Positions 55,800 through 64,000 of a stretch of 64,000 nucleotides of DNA are shown piece after piece. The stretch's first letter is position 1; each line of letters starts with the position of its first letter. The stretch comes from an uncultured Acidobacteriota bacterium (GTDB lineage Bacteria > Acidobacteriota > Vicinamibacteria > Vicinamibacterales > UBA2999): assembly GCA_963772955.1 (NCBI GenBank), contig CAVYZF010000003.1, positions 364,799 through 428,798 on the forward strand, given 5' to 3'. The translations under genes and the position numbers were made by a program. A model generated the notes under the pieces. It did not search any database. It saw only the letters and a program-made list of their open reading frames with translations, and was not told the origin of the DNA.

Positions 55800-57317
55800 T
55801 CACTTTTGACCGTCGACGAAGCCGGCGGCGACTGCTTCGGGCGAGCGTCCATCCTGGTCGACCGCCAGATTCATCCGCCGCATGCGGTCGGCGTCGATTG
55901 TCCCGCTCAGACCGCGCAGAGCGGCGACGGCGTCAGGGTGCTCGCGGACGAGCCGCGCGCCGGCCAGGATCACGGCGTCATATGGCGGAATCGCATGACG
56001 CTCGTCCTCCAGCAGCACGAGGTCGAGCGCGGCGATACGCCCGTCGGTCGAGAACGCTCCGATGAGATCGACCTGGCTGTTCGCGACAGCCTGATACATC
56101 AGTGAGGGATCCATGCTGCGTTGTTCGCGGAAGCGCAGGCCGTATCGCTCCCGGATCGCGCGCCATTCCGGCCGATCGAAGAACTCGTAGTCGCCACCCA
56201 CAGAAAGCCGCGACGCGTAGGGCACCAGATCGCTGAGGCTGCGAACCTTGAGATCCGCAGCGTGCGCACGGCGCATGGCCATCGCGTAGGCGTTTTCGAA
56301 GCCGAGCGTACCGACCACCTCGATGCCATGCTCGTCCTGCAAATAGCGGCCAACCTCGCGCAATACGGTGTCACGCTCGACCGAGGACGCCTCCCGACGC
56401 ATGATCGTGGCCCAAATCGTTCCGGTGTAGTCGACGTACGCATCGATGTCGCCCGCACGAAGCGCATCGAACGCTACGGTCGAACCCAGCGACGACACCA
56501 CGTCGACTTGATTGCCCGTGGCGGTGGCGACTGTCGTCGAGAGAATCCTCGCAAGGATGTACTGCTCGGTGAACGTCTTCGCTCCGACCACGATACGCGC
56601 CGGGCCCGTTCGCGTCGCCGACGTCACGAACGCAATCGAGGCATGCGCGTAGAGCAGGGCGAACACCGCGAGGACGGCGATGATCGAGGAACGTTTACGT
56701 GCGAGCACCGCGGCGCCAAGCGCGCGAACCAGGCCATCGAGCGTCAGAGCCAGGGCGGCCGCGGCCACGCATCCCACGAGGACCGCCGTCAGGTTTCTCG
56801 TCTGGAGACCCGCGAAGATGTAGTTGCCGAGACTCGGTGCGCCGACTGGCGTCGAGAGCGTGGCCATGCCGACCGTCCACACGGTCGATGTGCGAAGCCC
56901 CGCCAGGATCACCGGCAGGGCGAGCGGCAGCTCGACTCGCCACAACTGCTGGCGCGATGTCATCCCCACACCGCGTGCCGCCTCCTTCAGCGCCGGATCG
57001 AGACCGGCGAAGCCGGTGACGGTATTCCGCAGCACCGGCAACACGCTGTAGAGCGTCAACCCGATGAACGCTGGAAGAAATCCGATGCTCCGCAGACCGA
57101 GCGACGACAACGCGGGTACCATGACCGCGAGCAGCGCGAGGCTGGGAACGGTCTGAATCACGCTGGCGATACCGAGAACAGGACGCTCGAGGCGACGGCT
57201 CCGGGTAATGGCGATGCCAAGGGGAATGCTCACCGCGGTCCCGGCCAGCAGCGCGAACAGCGTCAGCTGGAGGTGGGCGGTCAGGTACCCAGGCAGGAGC
57301 AGGAGCTGATCTCTCAT
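55800..57317 (-). CDS. Osmoprotectant (glycine betaine/choline-type) ABC transporter, fused permease and substrate-binding protein
   Basis: N-terminal BPD permease (LGLRSIGFLPAFIGLTLYSVLPVLRNTVTGFAGLDPALKEAARGVGMT) followed by an OpuAC/OpuBC-like binding domain (IVVGAKTFTEQYILARIL...DAYVDYTGT). Confidence 0.85.
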   Translation of the reverse strand: MRDQLLLLPGYLTAHLQLTLFALLAGTAVSIPLGIAITRSRRLERPVLGIASVIQTVPSLALLAVMVPALSSLGLRSIGFLPAFIGLTLYSVLPVLRNTVTGFAGLDPALKEAARGVGMTSRQQLWRVELPLALPVILAGLRTSTVWTVGMATLSTPVGAPSLGNYIFAGLQTRNLTAVLVGCVAAAALALTLDGLVRALGAAVLARKRSSIIAVLAVFALLYAHASIAFVTSATRTGPARIVVGAKTFTEQYILARILSTTVATATGNQVDVVSSLGSTVAFDALRAGDIDAYVDYTGTIWATIMRREASSVERDTVLREVGRYLQDEHGIEVVGTLGFENAYAMAMRRAHAADLKVRSLSDLVPYASRLSVGGDYEFFDRPEWRAIRERYGLRFREQRSMDPSLMYQAVANSQVDLIGAFSTDGRIAALDLVLLEDERHAIPPYDAVILAGARLVREHPDAVAALRGLSGTIDADRMRRMNLAVDQDGRSPEAVAAGFVDGQK

Positions 57318-58081
57318 GAGGGCCTGGCCGCGAGGAGGCCTTCGACCAGTTCCGCCTGCCGCCGTGGTGTGCTCATCAGCTGACGAACGTAGTCGTCGGC
57401 CGGCGACTGCAACAGCTCCGACGGTGTGCCGACCTGCACGAGCCGTCCGCCGTGCATCACGGCAATCCGATCGCCCATGAGCAGCGCTTCCACCATGTCG
57501 TGCGTGACGAAGATCGCCGTGAGCGACAGGCGCCGGCGAATGCGCAGGAAGGACTGTTGCAGGCGATCGCGCGTCAGCGGGTCGAGCGCACCGAACGGCT
57601 CATCGAGCAGCATCAAACGAGGCGAGGCCGCGAGCGCACGCGCCACGCCGACGCGCTGCTGCTCTCCTCCCGACAGCTCGTCTGGATGTCGATCGCGCAC
57701 AAGCCCTGGATCGAGCTCCACCAGTTCCAGCAGCTCGTTGACCCGTGCGCCAACGCGAGCGCGATCCCATCCGAGCAGCGTCAACGTGACGCCCACGTTT
57801 TCGCCGATGGTCATGTGCGGGAAGAGACCAACACGTTGGAAGACATATCCGATTCGGCGCCGCAACTCGTGCGCCGGGATCGCGCCGGCATCCTCGCCGT
57901 CGATCAGCACGCGACCAGCAGTCGGCTCGATCAGCCGGTTCACCATCTTGAGCGTGGTCGTCTTGCCGGATCCCGAGCCTCCGAGCAACACGACCAGCTC
58001 ACCTTCCTTCACCTTCAGCGAAAGGCGATCGACGGCGGTGACCTGCCCGTAGCGTCGTGTCAGATCCTGCGCCTCAATCAC
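57314..58081 (-). CDS. ABC transporter ATP-binding protein of the osmoprotectant system
   Basis: GTG start with an AGAGGA SD. Walker A GGSGSGKTT, signature LSGGEQQRV, Walker B LMLLDEP. 4-nt overlap with the permease gene. Confidence 0.9.
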   Translation of the reverse strand: MIEAQDLTRRYGQVTAVDRLSLKVKEGELVVLLGGSGSGKTTTLKMVNRLIEPTAGRVLIDGEDAGAIPAHELRRRIGYVFQRVGLFPHMTIGENVGVTLTLLGWDRARVGARVNELLELVELDPGLVRDRHPDELSGGEQQRVGVARALAASPRLMLLDEPFGALDPLTRDRLQQSFLRIRRRLSLTAIFVTHDMVEALLMGDRIAVMHGGRLVQVGTPSELLQSPADDYVRQLMSTPRRQAELVEGLLAARPS

Positions 58082-58101
58082 GTCTCAATCCTCTGTGCAT
58101 C

Positions 58102-58236
58102 GGTGATTTTGGTGGTCTTTGATTGATTGGTTGGCGAATTTTGATTCGTGACTGGGGATCTAGCTCTGAAACAACAATCACGGGTTCAACAATCACCAAC
58201 GATTCAACAATCAGACATCACGAAATCAACGATTGG
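58102..58236. repeat. AT-rich imperfect palindromic TGATTG/CAATCA element (copy B)
   Basis: The left part is ggtgattttggtggtctttgattgattggttggcgaattttgattcgtg. The right part is caacaatcacgggttcaacaatcaccaacgattcaacaatcagacatcacgaaatcaacgattgg. It lies in the divergent region between the opu operon and the 58374 gene. Confidence 0.7.
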
Positions 58237-58373
58237 CAACCGCCAGCACGTCATTTGCTCCTCTCACCCCCGGCGGCTGTCTGACCGTGTCATTTCCGTG
58301 CATCGGTGCGCGGGGTCGATCACGGAACCGTCAGTTCGCCCACGCAATCGGAAGTTGAAGCAGGAGGTCCGAG

Positions 58374-59285
58374 ATGATTCGTCATGCCGCAGCCGTCGTC
58401 ATCGTTCTGCTGTTGAGCCCGTCGTGGGTGACGGCCCAGAGCACTGAACTGACAATCAACGTGTCGTCGGCCAGTGTGCACAAGGCGCCGAGCACTGCCA
58501 GCCCGGTGATCGGTCAGGCCGCCCGCGGCGCCAGGCTCCAGGTGACTCGCAACGTTGGCGACTGGGTGAAGGTCGCGTGGCCGTCTGCTGCGGACGGTGT
58601 CGGCTACGTGCGCGTGAGCGTCGGCAGCGTATCAAACGGCACCGCTTCGAACGGCACCGTCGCGCCCACAGCGCCGCTGCCGAACAATGCGACTGCCAAG
58701 AGTGCCGGCGTCCAGCCATCTCAGCGCGTGGTAACCACGCCAGTCGTCGTGCCCGTCGAGCCAGCACAGGCACAGACCGGGAATCGCCTGCCCGTTCGCA
58801 CCACGTCACCGTCATCGACGGGAACGACCCACAAATTCGGCGTGGGCGCGTTAATGGGAGGTCCGTCGTTCGGCCTCGGCGTCACCGCGCGCGGCTGGTC
58901 GCGCAAGCGGCTCGGCGTGCAGTTCGACGTCGCGCACTACAACGTCTCGAGCCCGATCGACCTGGGTTCGATGTCGTCAACCGAGTTCGGCCCGAGCGTG
59001 CTGTTCTCGTTCAACGATCACGTCGCGGACTACACGTGGCTGCGTCCGTACATCGGTGCCGGTATGAACTTCTACAAGTCGTCGCTCACCAGCCCTCTGC
59101 TCGGCGACATGTCGGACTCGCGCTACGGGTCGCAGATGTTCGGCGGCGGCGAGTTGTCGTTCGCCAGCGTGCCGAAGTTCGCGATCAGCACGCAGGTGAG
59201 CTACCGCTGGTTCAACGAGGCCCGGGTGGGATACGACCTGGGCGGCGTGGGAGTGAGCCTCGCCGGGCACTGGTACATGAAATAA
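58374..59285 (+). CDS. SH3-domain protein with C-terminal outer-membrane beta-barrel-like domain
   Basis: AGGAGG SD. Signal MIRHAAAVVIVLLLSPSWVTAQ. Bacterial SH3 pattern (VHKAPSTASPVIGQAARGARLQVTRNVGDWVKVAW). The C-terminal Gly/aromatic alternating strands end ...GVSLAGHWYMK. Confidence 0.7.
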   Translation: MIRHAAAVVIVLLLSPSWVTAQSTELTINVSSASVHKAPSTASPVIGQAARGARLQVTRNVGDWVKVAWPSAADGVGYVRVSVGSVSNGTASNGTVAPTAPLPNNATAKSAGVQPSQRVVTTPVVVPVEPAQAQTGNRLPVRTTSPSSTGTTHKFGVGALMGGPSFGLGVTARGWSRKRLGVQFDVAHYNVSSPIDLGSMSSTEFGPSVLFSFNDHVADYTWLRPYIGAGMNFYKSSLTSPLLGDMSDSRYGSQMFGGGELSFASVPKFAISTQVSYRWFNEARVGYDLGGVGVSLAGHWYMK

Positions 59286-59432
59286 GCGGTCCGATGGGAC
59301 GACGGGGCGAAGGTGCGAAGGTCCAGTACGGGGTCCGACGGTCAGGTCCGACGGTCAGGTTCGAGAGTCAGGTGGACCGTCGCACTCTGGACCGGACCAT
59401 CGCACCGTCGTCCCCTCGCCCCGTCGGACCGC
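59286..59432. repeat. GC-rich composite palindrome with internal 13-nt tandem repeats between convergent genes
   Basis: The outer arms GCGGTCCGA (59286-59294) and TCGGACCGC (59424-59432) are complementary. Inner complementary blocks are GGGACGACGG/CCGTCGTCCC and GGGGCGA/TCGCCCC. The centre reads gtccgacggtcag gtccgacggtcag gttcgagagtcag. Confidence 0.7.
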
Positions 59433-59435
59433 TGA

Positions 59436-62400
59436 CTAGTGTGCAGCCACTGGAACTTCCTGATGCTCTCTTGCGAGACGACGACGCATCAGGCGAGCAC
59501 GGGCACCCTCGATGTAGACGTAGTAGACAGGCGTGATGTAAAGCGTCAGCAACTGCGACACCAGGAGACCACCGACCACTGCAAGGCCCAGCGGGCGGCG
59601 CGATTCGGCGCCCGCACCCAGTCCCAACGCAATCGGCAACGTCCCCACGAGCGCGGCCATCGTCGTCATCATGATCGGCCGGAACCTGACGAGACATGCT
59701 TCGTGGATGGCTTCCGCGGCCGACTTCCCCTGCCGCTGCAGGTCCACGGCGAAGTCCACCATCATGATGCCGTTCTTCTTGACCAGGCCGACGAGCATGA
59801 TCACGCCGACGAACGCGTAGAGGTTCAGCTCGGTCTTGAAGACGATGAGTGTCAGCAACGCGCCAAGACCCGCTGCCGGAAGACCAGAGAGAATCGTGAG
59901 CGGGTGCGTGAAGCTCTCATACAGCACCCCGAGCACGATGTAGATGACGACAATCGCCATCGCGAGAACCAGACCGAGACCGCGCAGCGAATCCTGGAAC
60001 GCCTGCGCCGTTCCCTGGAACGCGAGATTGATCGTCGCCGGCAGCGTCGAGGCCGCCATCGACTGAACCTGGTTCACCGCGTCGCCGAGTGCGAAGCCCG
60101 GCGCAAGGTTGAACGCGATGGTCACGGCCGGAAGCTGACCGAAGTGATTCACCTGGAACGGACCGACTTCAGTCTTCACGCGCGCAACGGACTCGAGTGG
60201 AATCAGCCGGCCGTTGTTCGCGCGAATGTAGAGCAGCGACATCGCCCCGGGATCGCGCTGGAACTGCGGCGCCACACGCAGAATGACCTGGTACTGATTG
60301 TTCGGCGCGAAAATCTGAGAGACCTGCCGCGTGCCGTACGCGTTGTAGAGCGCGTTCTCCACCTGTGTGGCAGACAGACCGAGCGTCGACAGCTTGTCGC
60401 GATTCATCTCGACGGTCACCTGCGGGTTGTTCAACTGCAGGTCGCTGTTGACGTCTTCGAATCCAGGCGTCTGCCGAATCTTCGCTTCGAACACCGGCGC
60501 CCACTTGTACAACTCGGCGGTGTCGGTGTCCTGCATCGTGAACTGATACAGCGCGCGGTTCTGCCCACCTCCACCGAGATTGATCGGCGGCTGGTTCACC
60601 ATGAACGAGCGGATGCCGGGAATCTCGGCCAGCTTCGGGCGCAATTCGGCAATCACCTGGTCGACGCTCATCGAACGCTCGGCGCGCGGCTTCAGCTCGA
60701 CGAACATGCGTCCCTGATTGGAGCCGCCGGTCGCGTTGTTCCCCATCTGGCCGACGTTCACGCCCGCGCTGGCGATGTTGGGATCCTTCAACAAGACGTC
60801 GGCCACCTGCAGTTGGTGGCGAACCATCTCATCGAAGCTGATGCCCTGCGCCCCTTCGGTGTTGACGTTGAATCGTCCCTGGTCTTCGCTCGGCAGAAAG
60901 CCCTTCGGCACTGCGATGAACAGATACACGGTCGCAACCATCAGAGCCACTGAGATGGTCGCAGTAATGAACCGATATCTCAGGGCAACGCGAAGCGTCA
61001 CGCTGTACGCACCGCGCCACGTATCGAATACCCACTCGAACAGGTTGTAGAGGCGGCCGTGATTCTGCACATGCGGCGGCCGGAGGAATCGGCTGCACAG
61101 CATGGGCGTCAGGCTGATCGAGACAAAGCCCGAGATCAGAATCGCCGCGGTAATGGTGATCGCAAACTCGTGCAACAGGCGACCGACGATGCCGCCCATG
61201 AACAGCACCGGGATGAACACGGCGACGAGCGACAGCGTCATCGACAGAATCGTGAACGCCACTTCCTTCGAGCCATCGAAGGCAGCCTGCATGGCGTTCT
61301 TGCCCATCTCCATGTGGCGGACGATGTTCTCCAGCATCACGATCGCATCGTCGACGACGAACCCGACGGAGAGGGTGAGGGCCATCAGGGACAGATTGTC
61401 GAGGCTGTATCCGAGCAGATACATCACCGCGAAGGTCCCGACGAGCGAGCACGGGAGCGCGAGGCTCGGGATAATCGTGGCGGAGAGGTTGCGAAGGAAC
61501 AGGAAGATCACGAGCACGACCAGCGCGACCGTGATCATGAGCGTGAGCTTCACGTCGTGCACCGACTCGCGAATCGTGAGGGCGCGATCGCTGCGGACGT
61601 CGAGCGTGACCGACGCCGGCAACTGCTCGCGGATGGTTGGCAGCAACGCCTTGATCCGATCGACGGTCTCGACCACGTTCACGCCGGGCTGCTTCTGCAC
61701 CGGCAGGTAGATACAGCGTTCACCGTTCTGCCAGCTGGCCGTCTTGTCGTTTTCGACCCCGTCGTAGACGTGCGCAACTTCGTCCAGGCGGACGGGCATG
61801 CCATTGCGGTAGGCGATGATCGTCGGCCCGTACGCGGCGGCACGCATCAACTGGCCGTTGGACCGGACCACGAACGTGCGCTCACCGTAGATCGTGCCTG
61901 TCGGCAGATTCGAGTTTGCGTTGTTGATGGCGTTGGCAACCTCGTCGATACCGATCGAGCGCGCCGCCAGCTCGCGCGGGTCCACGTCGACGCGGACCGC
62001 GAACTTCTGCGACCCGAAGATATTGACCTGCGCCACGCCGCTGACCATCGAGATGCGCTGCGCGACCTGCGACTGGGCGATCTCATCGAGCACCGCGAGC
62101 GACAGCGTCGACGACCGCAGGACAATGAAGAAGATCGACTGATCCGCCGGGTTGACCTTCTGATAAGAAGGCGGGGACGGCATCTCCGGTGGGAGCTGCC
62201 GTGAGGCGCGGCCGATCATCGACTGAACGTCCTGGGCGGCGGCGTCGATGTTCTTGTTGATGTCGAACTGAATGGTGATGTCGGTGCCGCCCTGCGTGCT
62301 GGTGGAATTGATGCTGGTGACCCCGGCAATCGACGTGAACTGCTTTTCCAGCGGAAGGGCGACCGAGGCGGCCATCGTCTCGGGACTGGCACCGGGCAGC

Positions 62401-62549
62401 GATGCCTGGACTCGGATGGACGGGAAATCAACGCTCGGCAGATCGGCGACCGGCAGAACCTGGTAGGCGAGCCCGCCGAACACCAGGATTCCGAGCATCA
62501 AGAGCGTCGTGGTGACCGGACGCTTGATGAACAGTGCCGACATATTCAT
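59436..62549 (-). CDS. Multidrug efflux RND permease (AcrB/MdtB/MdtC family)
   Basis: 1037 aa. MNMSALFIKRPVTTTLLMLGILVFGGLAYQVLPVADLPSVDFPSIRVQASLPGASPETMAASVALPLEKQF is a typical HAE1 N-terminus. Confidence 0.93.
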   Translation of the reverse strand: MNMSALFIKRPVTTTLLMLGILVFGGLAYQVLPVADLPSVDFPSIRVQASLPGASPETMAASVALPLEKQFTSIAGVTSINSTSTQGGTDITIQFDINKNIDAAAQDVQSMIGRASRQLPPEMPSPPSYQKVNPADQSIFFIVLRSSTLSLAVLDEIAQSQVAQRISMVSGVAQVNIFGSQKFAVRVDVDPRELAARSIGIDEVANAINNANSNLPTGTIYGERTFVVRSNGQLMRAAAYGPTIIAYRNGMPVRLDEVAHVYDGVENDKTASWQNGERCIYLPVQKQPGVNVVETVDRIKALLPTIREQLPASVTLDVRSDRALTIRESVHDVKLTLMITVALVVLVIFLFLRNLSATIIPSLALPCSLVGTFAVMYLLGYSLDNLSLMALTLSVGFVVDDAIVMLENIVRHMEMGKNAMQAAFDGSKEVAFTILSMTLSLVAVFIPVLFMGGIVGRLLHEFAITITAAILISGFVSISLTPMLCSRFLRPPHVQNHGRLYNLFEWVFDTWRGAYSVTLRVALRYRFITATISVALMVATVYLFIAVPKGFLPSEDQGRFNVNTEGAQGISFDEMVRHQLQVADVLLKDPNIASAGVNVGQMGNNATGGSNQGRMFVELKPRAERSMSVDQVIAELRPKLAEIPGIRSFMVNQPPINLGGGGQNRALYQFTMQDTDTAELYKWAPVFEAKIRQTPGFEDVNSDLQLNNPQVTVEMNRDKLSTLGLSATQVENALYNAYGTRQVSQIFAPNNQYQVILRVAPQFQRDPGAMSLLYIRANNGRLIPLESVARVKTEVGPFQVNHFGQLPAVTIAFNLAPGFALGDAVNQVQSMAASTLPATINLAFQGTAQAFQDSLRGLGLVLAMAIVVIYIVLGVLYESFTHPLTILSGLPAAGLGALLTLIVFKTELNLYAFVGVIMLVGLVKKNGIMMVDFAVDLQRQGKSAAEAIHEACLVRFRPIMMTTMAALVGTLPIALGLGAGAESRRPLGLAVVGGLLVSQLLTLYITPVYYVYIEGARARLMRRRLAREHQEVPVAAH

Positions 62550-63742
62550 GGCGCGCCCTTTCGATCGTCCTGCGGCTGGCTTTGATTCGCCTGCTGGTTG
62601 CTGTCTCCCTTGACGCTGATGCGGCTTCCAGGAACGAGCCGCAGATGGCCGTCGGTGACCACCGTATCGCCCGGCTGCACCCCGCCGCTCGCGAGCACGG
62701 TCTCGCTCGCGCTTGCGCGCTGCACCGTGACAGGACGCATTTCAACGGTCTGGTCCGGCTTGACCACGAACACGAACGTGCCCTGCTGGCCGTTCTGCAC
62801 TGCAACCGACGGCACGACGATCGCCTTCGGATCGGTCGTCAGCGTCACGACGACGTTGACGTACTGGCCCGGCCAGAGCCGACGATCCGTGTTGGCGAAC
62901 GTGCCTTTGACACGAATCGTGCCGCTGTTCTCGTCAACCGCGTTGTCGATGAAGGCGATCCTGCCAACAGCGGCGGGACCCTCGTCGTTGGGCGGTGTCG
63001 CCCTGACGGCAAGCGCGCCGAGAGCGAGGTAGCGCTTCAACTCGGAAAGACGTGATTCCGGCACTGAGAACGACACCGACATCGGCATGACCTGGTTGAT
63101 GGTCACGAGCGCAGTCTGATCGTTGGCGCGCACGAGGTTGCCCTCATGCACTGCCAGAGCGCCGGTACGACCGGAGATCGGCGCCTTGATCGTGGCGTAG
63201 TCCAACTGCACGCTCGCGTTCTCGACCGCAGCTTTGTCCGCGTTGACCGTTGCGTTGAGCGCAGCCATGTCCGCCCGCGACGTGTCCAGCTGCTCGCGCG
63301 GTGCGATGCCGCGCTTCGCGAGATCCTCGTAGCGTTTGGTCATGAGCGCAGCGTTCTCGGCCCGCGCCATGTCGCGTTCGAGATTTGCCTGCGCTTCGCG
63401 GAGCGCCAACTCGAGCGGCCGACGATCCAGCGTGAACAGCACCTGACCCTGCTGCACATCGTCGCCTTCGGTGAAGTTGACCTTCTCGAGCAGCCCGGTG
63501 ATCTGGGAACGGATCCCGACGTTCGAAAACGCCTCTGCCGTGCCGATGACCGTGATCTCGATCGGCATCGCCTTGGTGAGGACAGGCGCAACCGTCACCG
63601 GCACCGCACCACCACCACGGCCACCGCCGCGGCCTGAGGCGGCCGACGCCGCGCTGGCGGCCGGATCTTCCGCGGCACAACCAGCCGCAGCGACCGACGC
63701 GGCCGCAACCGTTGCAACAAGAAGGAGTCGAATGAAGCCCAT
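62546..63742 (-). CDS. Efflux RND periplasmic adaptor subunit (MdtA/AcrA-like)
   Basis: Lipoprotein-like MGFIRLLLVATVAAASVAAAGC. Lipoyl, hairpin and beta-barrel MFP pattern. 4-nt overlap with the permease. Confidence 0.9.
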   Translation of the reverse strand: MGFIRLLLVATVAAASVAAAGCAAEDPAASAASAASGRGGGRGGGAVPVTVAPVLTKAMPIEITVIGTAEAFSNVGIRSQITGLLEKVNFTEGDDVQQGQVLFTLDRRPLELALREAQANLERDMARAENAALMTKRYEDLAKRGIAPREQLDTSRADMAALNATVNADKAAVENASVQLDYATIKAPISGRTGALAVHEGNLVRANDQTALVTINQVMPMSVSFSVPESRLSELKRYLALGALAVRATPPNDEGPAAVGRIAFIDNAVDENSGTIRVKGTFANTDRRLWPGQYVNVVVTLTTDPKAIVVPSVAVQNGQQGTFVFVVKPDQTVEMRPVTVQRASASETVLASGGVQPGDTVVTDGHLRLVPGSRISVKGDSNQQANQSQPQDDRKGAP

Positions 63743-63834
63743 GCGTGGTTCCGGTATGCCGATATAAATGCCCAGACGGATCTTAGTCGGTCCGCGACCG
63801 CCATTGATGCTTACTGCGAATTTCTGTCTTCTGC

Positions 63835-64000
63835 TTACTGAACGGGCTCGATCTTGAGCACCGCCCCTTCTTTCTCGTCGGTCAGGAGGTACAAGAGGCC
63901 GTCGGGACCCTGGCGAACCTCTCGAATACGCTGCCGTAACTCGACGAGCAGTGATTCGCGCCGCAGTTCCTCCATTTTTTCGTTGAAGAGAATCCGCTCG
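63835..64000 (-). CDS. PQQ-dependent sugar dehydrogenase, C-terminal end only (rest outside window)
   Basis: The minus strand reads ...[54 protein letters not shown] (TAA at 63835-63837). The RQGPDG.LY.LTD motif is typical of the glucose/sorbosone dehydrogenase family. Confidence 0.65.
   Translation of the reverse strand, partial: ERILFNEKMEELRRESLLVELRQRIREVRQGPDGLLYLLTDEKEGAVLKIEPVQ

Noticed and set aside
1-64000. Mobile genetic element, prophage or defence island
   Set aside because: I recognised no integrase, transposase, phage structural, restriction-modification, Cas, or other nuclease/helicase defence genes. The HTH protein at 29486-30010 is the only vaguely mobile-looking gene, and it lacks supporting context.

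Overview
This is a GC-rich bacterial chromosomal segment with strong G/C bias at third codon positions. It carries about 55 protein-coding loci. I found no rRNA, tRNA, CRISPR array, transposase or integrase. The gene content suggests an Acidobacteriota-like soil bacterium, by inference only: three MacB-like 'ADOP' duplicated FtsX permeases (one paired with PadR), CarboxypepD_reg-type TonB receptors, an ECF-sigma/Ser-Thr-kinase-TPR module and DUF6152-type genes.

Main blocks:
- 1-15.4 kb: metal-handling region with a LVIVD/HMBD/cytochrome c trio, an M20 peptidase, and a six-gene CusA/CzcA-type RND operon.
- 15.4-21 kb: PadR plus ADOP permeases and gene remnants.
- 21-24.5 kb: octaheme cytochrome c operon divergent from chrB.
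- 24.5-31 kb: TonB receptor, a sensor-less sigma-54 activator and a TauE exporter.
- 31-34.2 kb: heavily decayed kinase and sigma genes.
- 34-41.6 kb: rhodanese, an ADOP operon and cysDNH.
- 41.7-43.8 kb: blaI/blaR1-like pair.
- 45-55.8 kb: MBL hydrolases, hmgA, a PQQ dehydrogenase and pirin.
- 55.8-58.1 kb: osmoprotectant ABC transporter.
- 59.4-63.7 kb: multidrug RND pump.

The most interesting observation is two short ORFs too small for the ORF track. One has 7 Cys codons, four of them consecutive. The other has six consecutive Cys codons. Each sits between a promoter-like element and an intrinsic terminator that abuts the start codon of a sulfur gene (cysD, rhodanese). They are candidate cysteine-sensing, ribosome-mediated attenuators.

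Other notable observations:
- An unusually high density of frameshifted, truncated or deleted genes (at least 11 loci).
- A dispersed AT-rich TGATTG palindromic element (2 copies).
- A 560-bp foldback repeat.
- Tandem heptamer repeats embedded in coding sequence.
- A chrB gene paired with a multiheme cytochrome operon instead of chrA.
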